Source of the DNA: Thermoplasmata archaeon
GTDB taxonomy: Archaea; Thermoplasmatota; E2; UBA202; JdFR-43
Assembly: GCA_021162065.1 (NCBI GenBank)
Contig: JAGGZK010000032.1
Location: 1-60,046, forward strand
DNA: 60,046 nt
Direction of reading: 5' to 3'
Shown here: positions 18,230 through 26,579 of the stretch, piece after piece
Numbering within the stretch: position 1 is the stretch's first letter
How the letters are laid out: each line of letters begins with the position of its first letter
Made by a program: the position numbers and the translations under genes
The notes under the pieces: model-generated
Database searches by the model: none
Seen by the model: only the letters and a program-made list of their open reading frames with translations
What the model was told of the DNA's origin: nothing

Positions 18230-19305
18230 GTTATTATTTTCTCCAGTTCATCCTGCTCGGCGGCCATTTTTATCTCCTGGGCTATTCTTCTGCCCGTGGA
18301 GAGGCCCGGCTGGATCAAATCTGCATAGGGGCTGCCTGAAATGTAAAGATTTGTCCCCGCCACTATCCTTGCGGATATCTCAAAAACCTTTATTTCCAGT
18401 TTGTCCGTCACCACCGCCTCCAGGCAGAAGGGACCTATCATTCCGCCGAAGAGCTTATACGACTCATCCACCACCCTTCTCCCCATCTCGAAAACCTTCG
18501 GAAGGAGGGATTCGCGCATCACTATTGGTATATTCCCTGTAACCACGAAGGATGGATGAATGCCCATACTCTCCAGCTCCGTTATGGAACCCAGGCGATG
18601 CGCCTCATCTATGTTCGCCTCATCTCTTCTGTCTATGGAAAGCACCTCCAGAGTGCCATTCTTCACCCTGTAACCCTCTTTTTTTATTGGCGAGTGGAAG
18701 TAATGGATGTAATACCTCGTTCCTATCAGAAATTCCTGTATGGTGTAGGGTTTGCTCTCATCTATCTTCCTTTTGAAATCCTCGTAATCCTTTGCTATGA
18801 AGAAACCTCTGCCTCCCTTTGCCCCATAGTATTTCACTATGACGGGCCTGTTTATATCCTTAGGATCTTCTATGAGCTCCGGCATTTTTATCCCCGCCCC
18901 CTCAAGCCATTTCCTTTCCTTTTCTCTGTTGGATTCCCACTCAAGCACATATCTGTTGCCGAACGTCGGCACCTCCATTTTCATGAAGTTCTCGGCCCCC
19001 ATATATTCCACAAAGGAGCCGGTGGGAACCACTATGGCATTTTTTGAAATTAATTTCTCCTTTCTCTCCATTATTTCTCTGTAACTCTCCACCACGATGA
19101 ATTCATCTGGCCTGCCAAGGGGAAAAGCATCATAGAACTCCGGTCTGCTACCAACGGAAATTCCTATGCTCCTCAGCCCCTCCTTTCTGGCGCCGTTAAA
19201 AATCTGCAAACTGGAGTGGGAACAGGCCGTGGCTATCGCAAGGTCATTTTTATCATAACCCTTTATCACATCCTCTATTCCCATTACTCCAAATATCATG
19301 CCCAT
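18226..19305 (-). CDS. purP: FAICAR synthetase PurP family (ATP-grasp)
   Basis: SHSSLQI..GARKEG, GAKGGRG, GPFCLE, FEISARIVAGTN, STGRRIA. True start may be 19299 or 19284. Confidence 0.93.
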   Translation of the reverse strand: MGMIFGVMGIEDVIKGYDKNDLAIATACSHSSLQIFNGARKEGLRSIGISVGSRPEFYDAFPLGRPDEFIVVESYREIMERKEKLISKNAIVVPTGSFVEYMGAENFMKMEVPTFGNRYVLEWESNREKERKWLEGAGIKMPELIEDPKDINRPVIVKYYGAKGGRGFFIAKDYEDFKRKIDESKPYTIQEFLIGTRYYIHYFHSPIKKEGYRVKNGTLEVLSIDRRDEANIDEAHRLGSITELESMGIHPSFVVTGNIPIVMRESLLPKVFEMGRRVVDESYKLFGGMIGPFCLEAVVTDKLEIKVFEISARIVAGTNLYISGSPYADLIQPGLSTGRRIAQEIKMAAEQDELEKIIT

Positions 19306-19363
19306 TTTTAAAGATTTTTATGGCCACAAAGGAATGATTATAAAGGGCGGCAATATTCACATT

Positions 19364-19702
19364 ATGTTCTCCAAAAAATATGATGAGGTAAAACTTGAGG
19401 ATGTTAAGGAAGATGGGGCAAAAAATGTGAAGATACAGTGGCTCATTGACGAAAAGGTTGGTAAGACGTTTGCCATGCGCCGCTTTGTTGTCGCCAGAGG
19501 AGGGCACACACCATTGCATCATCATGACTGGGAGCACGGCGTTTTTGTTCTTGCAGGAGAGGGAGCATTGGTTGACAAGGATGGCAACGAGCATCCATTG
19601 AAACCCGGCTACTTTGCCTTCGTTGAGCCCAATGAAATTCATCAGTTTGTGAATAAAGGAGAAGAGGATTTCATCTTTCTATGCGTGATTCCACTGCCAT
19701 GA
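19364..19702 (+). CDS. Cupin domain protein
   Basis: GGHTPLHHHDWEH and PNEIHQF metal-binding cupin motifs; ATGA overlap with the next gene. Confidence 0.9.
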   Translation: MFSKKYDEVKLEDVKEDGAKNVKIQWLIDEKVGKTFAMRRFVVARGGHTPLHHHDWEHGVFVLAGEGALVDKDGNEHPLKPGYFAFVEPNEIHQFVNKGEEDFIFLCVIPLP

Positions 19703-20199
19703 GAACTCTTTTCCTTTCAAAGGAGGAGGTAAGAAATCCTCTGGCGGATGAGATAAAGAGGGCAGGGAAGATTGTAAAGGAGAAGGGGCTGGTGGAGGGC
19801 AATTATGGCAATATAAGCGCAAGATACGGAAAAAGAATGGTGATAACCGCCACCGGCTCTGATTTAGGAAATCTGAGCAACGAGGATATGGTGGAGGTGG
19901 TGGATTACAATCCCGCTACCGATGTGGCTATGGTAATAGGATTGAAGGAGCCATCGACGGAAACGCCGATGCACTGGCTGCTATACAGGAGAGAGGATAT
20001 AAACGCCATAATCCATGTTCATGCCACCTTCGAAGAGGCGCCCACCTCCGAGAAATACGCCAAGGAGGGAACTCTGGAACTTGCGATGGAGGCGATAAAG
20101 GCATTGAAAAATTCAAAGATTGCCAATCTTAGGGGGCACGGAAGCGTGGCGGTGGGCGTGAACATGGAAGATGCCCTGAGGGTGTTAAAATGCTTGTGA
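19699..20199 (+). CDS. Class II aldolase/adducin family protein (FucA/MtnB-like)
   Basis: GNISAR, ITATG, PSTETPMH, IIHVH, RGHG zinc-binding motifs. Confidence 0.9.
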   Translation: MRTLFLSKEEVRNPLADEIKRAGKIVKEKGLVEGNYGNISARYGKRMVITATGSDLGNLSNEDMVEVVDYNPATDVAMVIGLKEPSTETPMHWLLYRREDINAIIHVHATFEEAPTSEKYAKEGTLELAMEAIKALKNSKIANLRGHGSVAVGVNMEDALRVLKCL

Positions 20200-21128
20200 A
20201 TGGCAGGGAAATGAGAAGTTTGTGGTTTGAGGACGGCGTTCTGAAATTAATAGACCAGCGAAAGTTGCCGGCAGAGGTGGAAATTTTTGTTGCCGATGAT
20301 GTGGAAAAGGTCGCCTATGCAATAAGGGAGATGGTGGTGAGGGGCGCCCCAGCCATAGGGTGCGCAGCCGCGTATGGAATGGTGATGGATGGGGATGTGG
20401 CAAAGAAGGCAATGCTGCTCAAATCAACGCGCCCGACGGCCCATGATTTATTTCATGCTGTCGATTATATGGTGGAAAAAATAGGGCAGGGGAAAGATGC
20501 TGTTAAAGCGGCACATGAATATGTGGAGAGCATAATAGACAGATGCAGGAGGATAGGAGAGAATGGAAGGAAGTTGATTAAAAAGGGGATGCGCATACTG
20601 ACGCATTGCAATGCCGGAGCTCTGGCGACAGTTGATTACGGCACCGCTTTAGCTCCCATAAGAATGGCCAAGGAAATGCAACCATTTGTCTGGGTGGATG
20701 AGACTCGTCCACGTCTCCAGGGGTTGCTGACCGCCTGGGAATTAGAGCAGGAAGGTATTGAGCATGCCGTCATCGCAGATAATGCGGCGGGCCATTTCAT
20801 GAGGAAAGGAGAGGTGGACATGGTGATTGTGGGGGCCGACAGAATAGCAGCAAATTATGACTTTGCAAACAAAATAGGCACATATGAGAAGGCGGTGCTT
20901 GCCAAGGAGAATGGAATTCCCTTTTATGTTGCCGCCCCTATTAGCACCTTTGACAAAAGCATAAGGAGTGGAGAGGAAATAAAAATTGAGGAGAGAGACA
21001 TGGAGGAAGTGCTGGGCATATATCCATGGAGGCCGAAAAAGGCAAGAAATCCCGCCTTCGATGTCACTCCTGCAAAATACATAACGGGAATAATAACGGA
21101 GGAGGGGATAATAGAGGTGAATGAATAG
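20190..21128 (+). CDS. mtnA: Methylthioribose-1-phosphate isomerase
   Basis: IDQRKLP, MVVRGAPAIG, RPTA, LTHCNAGALAT, DETRPRLQG, GADRI, ANKIGT, NPAFDVTP. Confidence 0.93.
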   Translation: MLVNGREMRSLWFEDGVLKLIDQRKLPAEVEIFVADDVEKVAYAIREMVVRGAPAIGCAAAYGMVMDGDVAKKAMLLKSTRPTAHDLFHAVDYMVEKIGQGKDAVKAAHEYVESIIDRCRRIGENGRKLIKKGMRILTHCNAGALATVDYGTALAPIRMAKEMQPFVWVDETRPRLQGLLTAWELEQEGIEHAVIADNAAGHFMRKGEVDMVIVGADRIAANYDFANKIGTYEKAVLAKENGIPFYVAAPISTFDKSIRSGEEIKIEERDMEEVLGIYPWRPKKARNPAFDVTPAKYITGIITEEGIIEVNE

Positions 21129-21180
21129 CGCGAATAGAAAGATTTTATATATCCTCCTCTCTTTATCAATGGGTGATGTT

Positions 21181-21963
21181 ATGGACTGGGGAATGAAGAA
21201 TCGTTTATCGAGAATAATTCAGAAGGATGGACATACCGTTATGCTCGCCATCGATCATGGATACTTTCTGGGTCCCACCACCGGCCTTGAAAAGCCCTGG
21301 AAAACCATAGAGCCTCTCGTCCCTTATGCTGATTGCTTAATGCCCACCCGAGGAATCTTAAGAAACTGCATTCCTCCGGACATAGACAAGCCAATAGTGT
21401 TGCGTGTATCGGGAGGAACAAGCATTTTGAATGAAAATTTACTGCATGAGGGAATAATTGCATCCATAGAGGATGCTATTCGCCTCAATGTGAGCGGCCT
21501 CGCCTTCTCCATTCTCGTTGGAGCGAAGTATGAACGCGATACTCTACTCACCTTCTCGGAAATATGCGACATGGGGCAAGAGTATGGAATTCCAGTGCTT
21601 GCCGTGACGGCGGTGGGAAGGGAAATGGTGAGAGATGCAAAATATCTTGCACTGGCATCAAGAATAGCAGCCGAGATAGGGGCGCACATGGTGAAAACCT
21701 ACTACTGCGAGGGCTTTGAGAAGGTGGTGGAGGGCTGCCCCGTGCCCATAGTCATAGCAGGAGGAAAGAAGATTCCCGAAAGAGATGCTCTGGAAATGGC
21801 CTACAACGCCATCCAGGCAGGGGCGGCAGGCGTGGATATGGGAAGAAACATATTCCAGTCGTCCAACCCGCCGGCCATGATACAGGCGGTCAGGGCGGTG
21901 GTTCATGAAAATGCAACGCCAGATGAAGCCTATGAAATATTCCAGCAGGGAGGAAAGGAGTAA
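21181..21963 (+). CDS. lsrF: LsrF-type 3-hydroxy-5-phosphonooxypentane-2,4-dione thiolase (class I aldolase fold)
   Basis: DWGMKNRLSRI, DHGYFLGPTTGLE, RIAAEIGA..VKTYY, CPVPIVIAGGKK, GVDMGRNIFQS closely follow E. coli LsrF; GGTGA RBS. Confidence 0.9.
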   Translation: MDWGMKNRLSRIIQKDGHTVMLAIDHGYFLGPTTGLEKPWKTIEPLVPYADCLMPTRGILRNCIPPDIDKPIVLRVSGGTSILNENLLHEGIIASIEDAIRLNVSGLAFSILVGAKYERDTLLTFSEICDMGQEYGIPVLAVTAVGREMVRDAKYLALASRIAAEIGAHMVKTYYCEGFEKVVEGCPVPIVIAGGKKIPERDALEMAYNAIQAGAAGVDMGRNIFQSSNPPAMIQAVRAVVHENATPDEAYEIFQQGGKE

Positions 21964-22077
21964 CTAATCCATTCCTGTTTGGAATAACGATGTGCTGAAA
22001 GGTAAAACCCAGGGCAATCTCTCCCTACTACATCACAATATTTTTATATAATCATCGCATGTAAGAGAGGGATAAAT

Positions 22078-22275
22078 ATGGAAGGAACCGTTGTAAAATG
22101 GGTAAACAAAAAGGGATACGGCTTCATCGAAGTGGAAGGACAGAAGGATATTTTTGTCCACTACTCCGATGTTAAGAAGGACGGATTTGTGAGCCTTAGA
22201 ATAGGCCAGAAGGTGAAGTTTGATCTGGAGGAGACGGATAAGGGGCCAAGAGCAAAGAATGTTGAACCTCTGTAA
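22078..22275 (+). CDS. Cold-shock domain protein
   Basis: GTVVKW..KGYGFI (RNP1), DIFVHYS (RNP2), KGPRAKNV. Confidence 0.95.
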   Translation: MEGTVVKWVNKKGYGFIEVEGQKDIFVHYSDVKKDGFVSLRIGQKVKFDLEETDKGPRAKNVEPL

Positions 22276-22719
22276 ATGATTCTCTCTGACAGAGATATAA
22301 GGAATGCGATTTTGAGGGGCGAAATTTCCATAGAACCATTTAACAAAAGCAACCTCACACCCAACGGGTATGATTTAACCATAAATGAGATATACATTGA
22401 TGGCAAAACAGTGGAGAGGGCGGTAATAAAACCCATGACATGGTTTGCTTTGTCCACGCTGGAGTACATAAAATTGAAAAATATCACAGCCCAGTTATGG
22501 ATACGCTCCACCTACGCCAGGAAGGGCGTTGTTGCTTCCTTCGGGAAGGTGGATGCCGGCTTCGAGGGCTGTTTAACGCTTTCCAGCTTCAATACATATC
22601 AGGAGATAGAACTTAAGAAAGGTGACAGATTCTGCCAGATTGTATTCGAGAAAATGCTTTCCACTCCCTCAAAATATTACGAGGGAAAGTACAGAAGTCA
22701 TAAAACAATAAAACTCTGA
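22276..22719 (+). CDS. dcd: dCTP deaminase
   Basis: MILSDRDI, PNGYDL, RSTYARKG, VDAGFEGCLTL, RFCQIVF, YEGKY. Confidence 0.88.
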   Translation: MILSDRDIRNAILRGEISIEPFNKSNLTPNGYDLTINEIYIDGKTVERAVIKPMTWFALSTLEYIKLKNITAQLWIRSTYARKGVVASFGKVDAGFEGCLTLSSFNTYQEIELKKGDRFCQIVFEKMLSTPSKYYEGKYRSHKTIKL

Positions 22720-22756
22720 CCGATAGATAAAAAAGCCCTTTTTCCTTCTCTTTTTT

Positions 22757-24013
22757 ATGGAATTCAGAACCATATCTGATCTTAAAAAATACCTTTCAAT
22801 GCTTGAGCAGAAGAGGCATCATCCCGAGGACTATGTCATAGGAATAGAGATGGAGGGCGCCCTGGTTGATGCCGAGGGTAAACCACTGGATGTGAAGGAT
22901 TTAATTCCCAAACTCAACAGCATATACCACGACTTTGAATTTGATAAAGAAGCGGGGGCCTGCCAGCTGGAGATACGGACATTCCCCAGAAAATTCTCCA
23001 CTGAATCATTGAGGGAGAAGGAGGAGTATTTCCTGGATGTGGTGGAGGAAATTGTGGAGCAGGCGGAGAGGGTTCATAAAACGGAAGCCATATTCCTGCT
23101 GCTCGGTTCAAATCCTCATCCCGATGTGCTATCCGACAGATGGATCACCTCCAGTCAGAGAGCAAAAACGATGGCAGAGTGGAGAAGGGAATTCCCGGAA
23201 GTCAAAATAGCAGGCAAAACCATAAGGCCGGAACATGTTGCCACGGCGATACAATCAATGCACATTCATATCCAGGGCGTCAGCCCCGATGATGTGGCGG
23301 ATAAATATAACCATCTCCTCTACATGGTGCCGGGCCAGATAGCCATATCCGCCAACAGCCCCATTATTGGAGGGGAGTTAGTGGACTATGCGGAGGCAAG
23401 ACTGCTTTTATACGAGATGGCAGATGGCGGCAACGCCGGCCTGCCAAAGCACAGAACATACCCCATTTCATTCCTGGGATATGCCAGATATGTTGACTCC
23501 TTTTCTCCCATTCTTGCAAAATCGCTGACGGAAAAGGTGAAGGAGAGGCATGAGGACAACAGAATAAGGCTGGAGGTGCCTTTCAGGGTGGAGAATAGAG
23601 TTACGCCCATACAGTGTACCATAAGGGAGAATATGGCCATGATTGAGTACATAATAGGGCGCCTTAAGTATGCCCAGAGATGGAGCAGGATGGATTATCC
23701 CTCGCTGAAGGAAATAGAGGTTAACAGAATAGAGGCGATAAGAAAGTCATTGAAGGGAGAGTTCATATGGAATGGAAAGTCAACGAATGTGAGAGATTTC
23801 CTCACCCAGTGCATAGAGAAGGCGGAGAAGGGTCTGGAGGAGCTGGACACAAAGCCGAGATACATCCATTGCCTGAAGAGAAGGGTGAGGAAGAAGAGGG
23901 TGAGTGCCGATGTTGTGAGAGGATGGTACAGAAGGGGAAGCGAAGGGGACAAAATTGCTTATGTGGTAAACAGGGTGTGGGAGCATACCAAGAAAAACAG
24001 ACCCATCATTTGA
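22757..24013 (+). CDS. Glutamate-cysteine ligase family 2 (GCS2/YbdK-like) carboxylate-amine ligase
   Basis: IGIEME, KEAGACQLEI, SMHIHI, ISANSP, RVENR motifs. Confidence 0.75.
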   Translation: MEFRTISDLKKYLSMLEQKRHHPEDYVIGIEMEGALVDAEGKPLDVKDLIPKLNSIYHDFEFDKEAGACQLEIRTFPRKFSTESLREKEEYFLDVVEEIVEQAERVHKTEAIFLLLGSNPHPDVLSDRWITSSQRAKTMAEWRREFPEVKIAGKTIRPEHVATAIQSMHIHIQGVSPDDVADKYNHLLYMVPGQIAISANSPIIGGELVDYAEARLLLYEMADGGNAGLPKHRTYPISFLGYARYVDSFSPILAKSLTEKVKERHEDNRIRLEVPFRVENRVTPIQCTIRENMAMIEYIIGRLKYAQRWSRMDYPSLKEIEVNRIEAIRKSLKGEFIWNGKSTNVRDFLTQCIEKAEKGLEELDTKPRYIHCLKRRVRKKRVSADVVRGWYRRGSEGDKIAYVVNRVWEHTKKNRPII

Positions 24014-25058
24014 TCTCTATTCCTCTCTCCTTTGTTATATGAAATGTTCTTGATTCCACCTCCTTCACATCATTCCTGTTGTTCTTTATCTGGAGAGGAG
24101 GGAGCACCGTACCCTGATCGAATCCCATGAGCCAGGCTGCTGCTGTTCCAGGCCTTACCAGCGGCTGACTCCTTATGCCCAGCACAAAGCCATTTTTAGG
24201 AGCATAGATGTTTCTCTTTTCCCCTGTAAAGGGAGATTTCACCATTCCTATTATCTGCCTCTCCCTCACAACATCTCCCGCCTTAACCTTTGAGTAGAAT
24301 ATGCCTCCTATGCTGGAGTTTATCTCCATGTAATCCTTGAGGAGAATCTGATTTTCCGGGATCTCCACTTTTCCGGGAAGCATGCCGATGTAACGCATAA
24401 AATTCTTCACACCCTTTACTCCTGCTTCGATGAAATATTCATCTATTCTTCCCGCCTCGCCTATTTCAAAGCACACTATAGGTATGCCCCTTTTCCCTGC
24501 TGCCACATTCAGCATCCCGGGATGGCCCTCGTGATAAAAAAGAACCTCTGTTCCTAAAGCCCTTGCATGCTCTATGGGAGGATTGTAACCTGGCACCACC
24601 CTTATTCTCGGATGGGGAACAAGAAGATGCCCCTTCATGCCCGTATGCAGATCAATGCCATAGTCCGCCTTTTTGACGAACTTCTCAAAGAAATGATATG
24701 CTATTCTCTCCGTAACGGTTCCATTTTTTCTCCCGGGAAAAACACGATTGAGATTTTTTCCATCCACAGGATCGACTCTGCTTCTTGCCCTGAAGGCAAG
24801 GGTGTTCACCACGGGCACCGCCAGTATAGTGCCACTAATTTCCTCCGGCTTTATCTCCTCGAATATTCTGTGAATTACCTCTATGCCGTTCAGCTCATCT
24901 CCATGAATGGCGGCATTTAAAAGAAGTATGGGCCTCCTTCTTTTTCCCCTCATGACAAAATAGGGAAGAATAACGGGAGTGCCATCCTCCAGTTCTGTAC
25001 ATTCTATTTTGCTTCTGAATATTTCCCCTTCCCCTATGTTGAGTTTGGGATGCTCCAT
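24006..25058 (-). CDS. Succinylglutamate desuccinylase/aspartoacylase (M14-like) family protein
   Basis: AIHGDELNG, NLNRVFPG, IDLHTG, FEIG; C-terminal biotinyl-like beta domain. Confidence 0.9.
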   Translation of the reverse strand: MEHPKLNIGEGEIFRSKIECTELEDGTPVILPYFVMRGKRRRPILLLNAAIHGDELNGIEVIHRIFEEIKPEEISGTILAVPVVNTLAFRARSRVDPVDGKNLNRVFPGRKNGTVTERIAYHFFEKFVKKADYGIDLHTGMKGHLLVPHPRIRVVPGYNPPIEHARALGTEVLFYHEGHPGMLNVAAGKRGIPIVCFEIGEAGRIDEYFIEAGVKGVKNFMRYIGMLPGKVEIPENQILLKDYMEINSSIGGIFYSKVKAGDVVRERQIIGMVKSPFTGEKRNIYAPKNGFVLGIRSQPLVRPGTAAAWLMGFDQGTVLPPLQIKNNRNDVKEVESRTFHITKERGIEIK

Positions 25059-25179
25059 ATCAGGGTGAGAAATTTAAGAGATTTATATAAATTTCTTTTT
25101 GGGATGCAAGAAATGAATATAGGTTGCATATCCATCCTCATCCAAAAACTTTTTATTCACTTTTCATGTTTTCCAGCAG

Positions 25180-25252
25180 GGGCCCGTGGGGTAGCTTGGC
25201 ATCCTTCCAGCTTGGGGTGCTGGTAACCCGAGTTCAAATCTCGGCGGGCCCA
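25180..25252 (+). tRNA. tRNA-Pro(GGG)
   Basis: GGGCCCG/CGGGCCC acceptor stem, anticodon arm CCAGC-TTGGGGT-GCTGG, TTCAAAT T-loop; CCA not encoded. Confidence 0.95.
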
Positions 25253-25331
25253 TTCCCAATACATTCAATAACTACATTATATTTCCTTTAAAATTTAGAA
25301 ATCCTTATAACTGGAATAAATAATTTACACC

Positions 25332-26579
25332 ATGCCCCTCTCCCCGGCCGCCTATGTATTTCCGCTCATGTTATCCGCAGCACTCTCACTTCTTATTTTT
25401 TTCATGGCAATAAGCCGCTCTGCCCCTTATCGGCTACCTCTCGCCGCCCTCTCTCTGCTGATTGTTAACTGGTCTCTGGGATATGCCATGGAACTTTTTG
25501 GAGGGACTATAGAGGAAAAACTTTTCTGGGTGAAGATTCAATATTTCAGCATTGTGGGGGTGCCGCCCCTGTGGCTCATGCTTGTTCTTCAATATGTTGG
25601 GAGGGAGAGATTGGTGAACATGAAAACCTCCCTTCTACTTTCCATAGAACCCGTGATAACTCTCATTTTGGCATGGACCAATGAGTTTCATCACCTAATA
25701 TGGAGCAGAGTTGAACTGCTGGAGAAAGAGCCATTTTCCATGCTTAATCTGCATTATGGAGTATGGGCGGGTGTGAGAATGATATATGTTTATATCCTTA
25801 TATTCTACTCCCTCTTTTTGCTTTTATACACCTCATCATCCACCTTTCGGCTCCATCGTAGATACATCTATATGATGGCTGTGGCAACTATCGCCCCCAT
25901 CATGGGAAACATAGTTTACACAGCAAAAATCACCCATGTTGATTACACCCCGATAATGTTTTCCATCACCACCGCCATACTTGCCTATGGGCTTACGCAC
26001 CACAGAATATTCGATCTGATGCCCGTGGCAAAGGATGTAATAATAGAGAATATGAGGGAGGGGATAATAGTGGTTGACTCAGATTACCGGATAGTAAAAA
26101 TGAATCCTCCCTCAAAGGAATTCATAGGTTTCGATGCAACGGGAAAAAAGGTGGACGAGCTGGACATATATGAAAAACTGGCCAAGTACTGCGAAACGGA
26201 AGAGATAGTGAAAGAGGAAATGGAAATGGAAAAGGGCGGAAAGAAAAAATTCTATGAGATATCCGTTATTCCCCTCTTTGATAGATACAAAAACAAGGTT
26301 GGATGCATGCTGTCCATATATGATATCACCGACATAAAAAAGGCGGATGAGGCAATGAGGAATGCCTATGAGGAAATGAAAAGAGCTCTTGAGAAGGAAA
26401 AGGAATTCAAACTCAAGACAGCACATTACTTTTTCAATCCCCTTCTGATTGCCAAAGGATATCTTGAAATAGCAAGCGAAAAATGCCATCATGAGGAAAT
26501 AGAGAAGGCAAAAAGGGCGGTGGAGAGAATAGAGAAGGTAATAAAGAATATTGTTACAAAAGGGGAGATAAGGGAGTAG
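25332..26579 (+). CDS. HisKA_7TM sensor + PAS + H-box protein lacking a HATPase domain
   Basis: Seven-TM N-terminus (WTNEFHHLIW), PAS (IENMREGIIVVD..DIT), KTAHYFFNPLLIAKGYLE, then a stop about 45 aa after the His. Confidence 0.8.
   Translation: MPLSPAAYVFPLMLSAALSLLIFFMAISRSAPYRLPLAALSLLIVNWSLGYAMELFGGTIEEKLFWVKIQYFSIVGVPPLWLMLVLQYVGRERLVNMKTSLLLSIEPVITLILAWTNEFHHLIWSRVELLEKEPFSMLNLHYGVWAGVRMIYVYILIFYSLFLLLYTSSSTFRLHRRYIYMMAVATIAPIMGNIVYTAKITHVDYTPIMFSITTAILAYGLTHHRIFDLMPVAKDVIIENMREGIIVVDSDYRIVKMNPPSKEFIGFDATGKKVDELDIYEKLAKYCETEEIVKEEMEMEKGGKKKFYEISVIPLFDRYKNKVGCMLSIYDITDIKKADEAMRNAYEEMKRALEKEKEFKLKTAHYFFNPLLIAKGYLEIASEKCHHEEIEKAKRAVERIEKVIKNIVTKGEIRE

Noticed and set aside
21181..21963. 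AI-2 quorum-sensing (lsr) locus
   Set aside because: No lsrK, lsrG, lsrR, transporter or luxS nearby; the context points to MtnA-linked metabolism.
21989..22034. SECIS element, C/D-box sRNA or c-di-GMP riboswitch
   Set aside because: Consensus boxes are incomplete and no in-frame TGA is needed in neighbouring genes.
22757..24013. PafA-like pupylation ligase acting on the Ubl
   Set aside because: The Ubl ends in EGG, not GGE/GGQ, and is folded; the ligase motifs fit GCS2 and it lies about 17 kb away.
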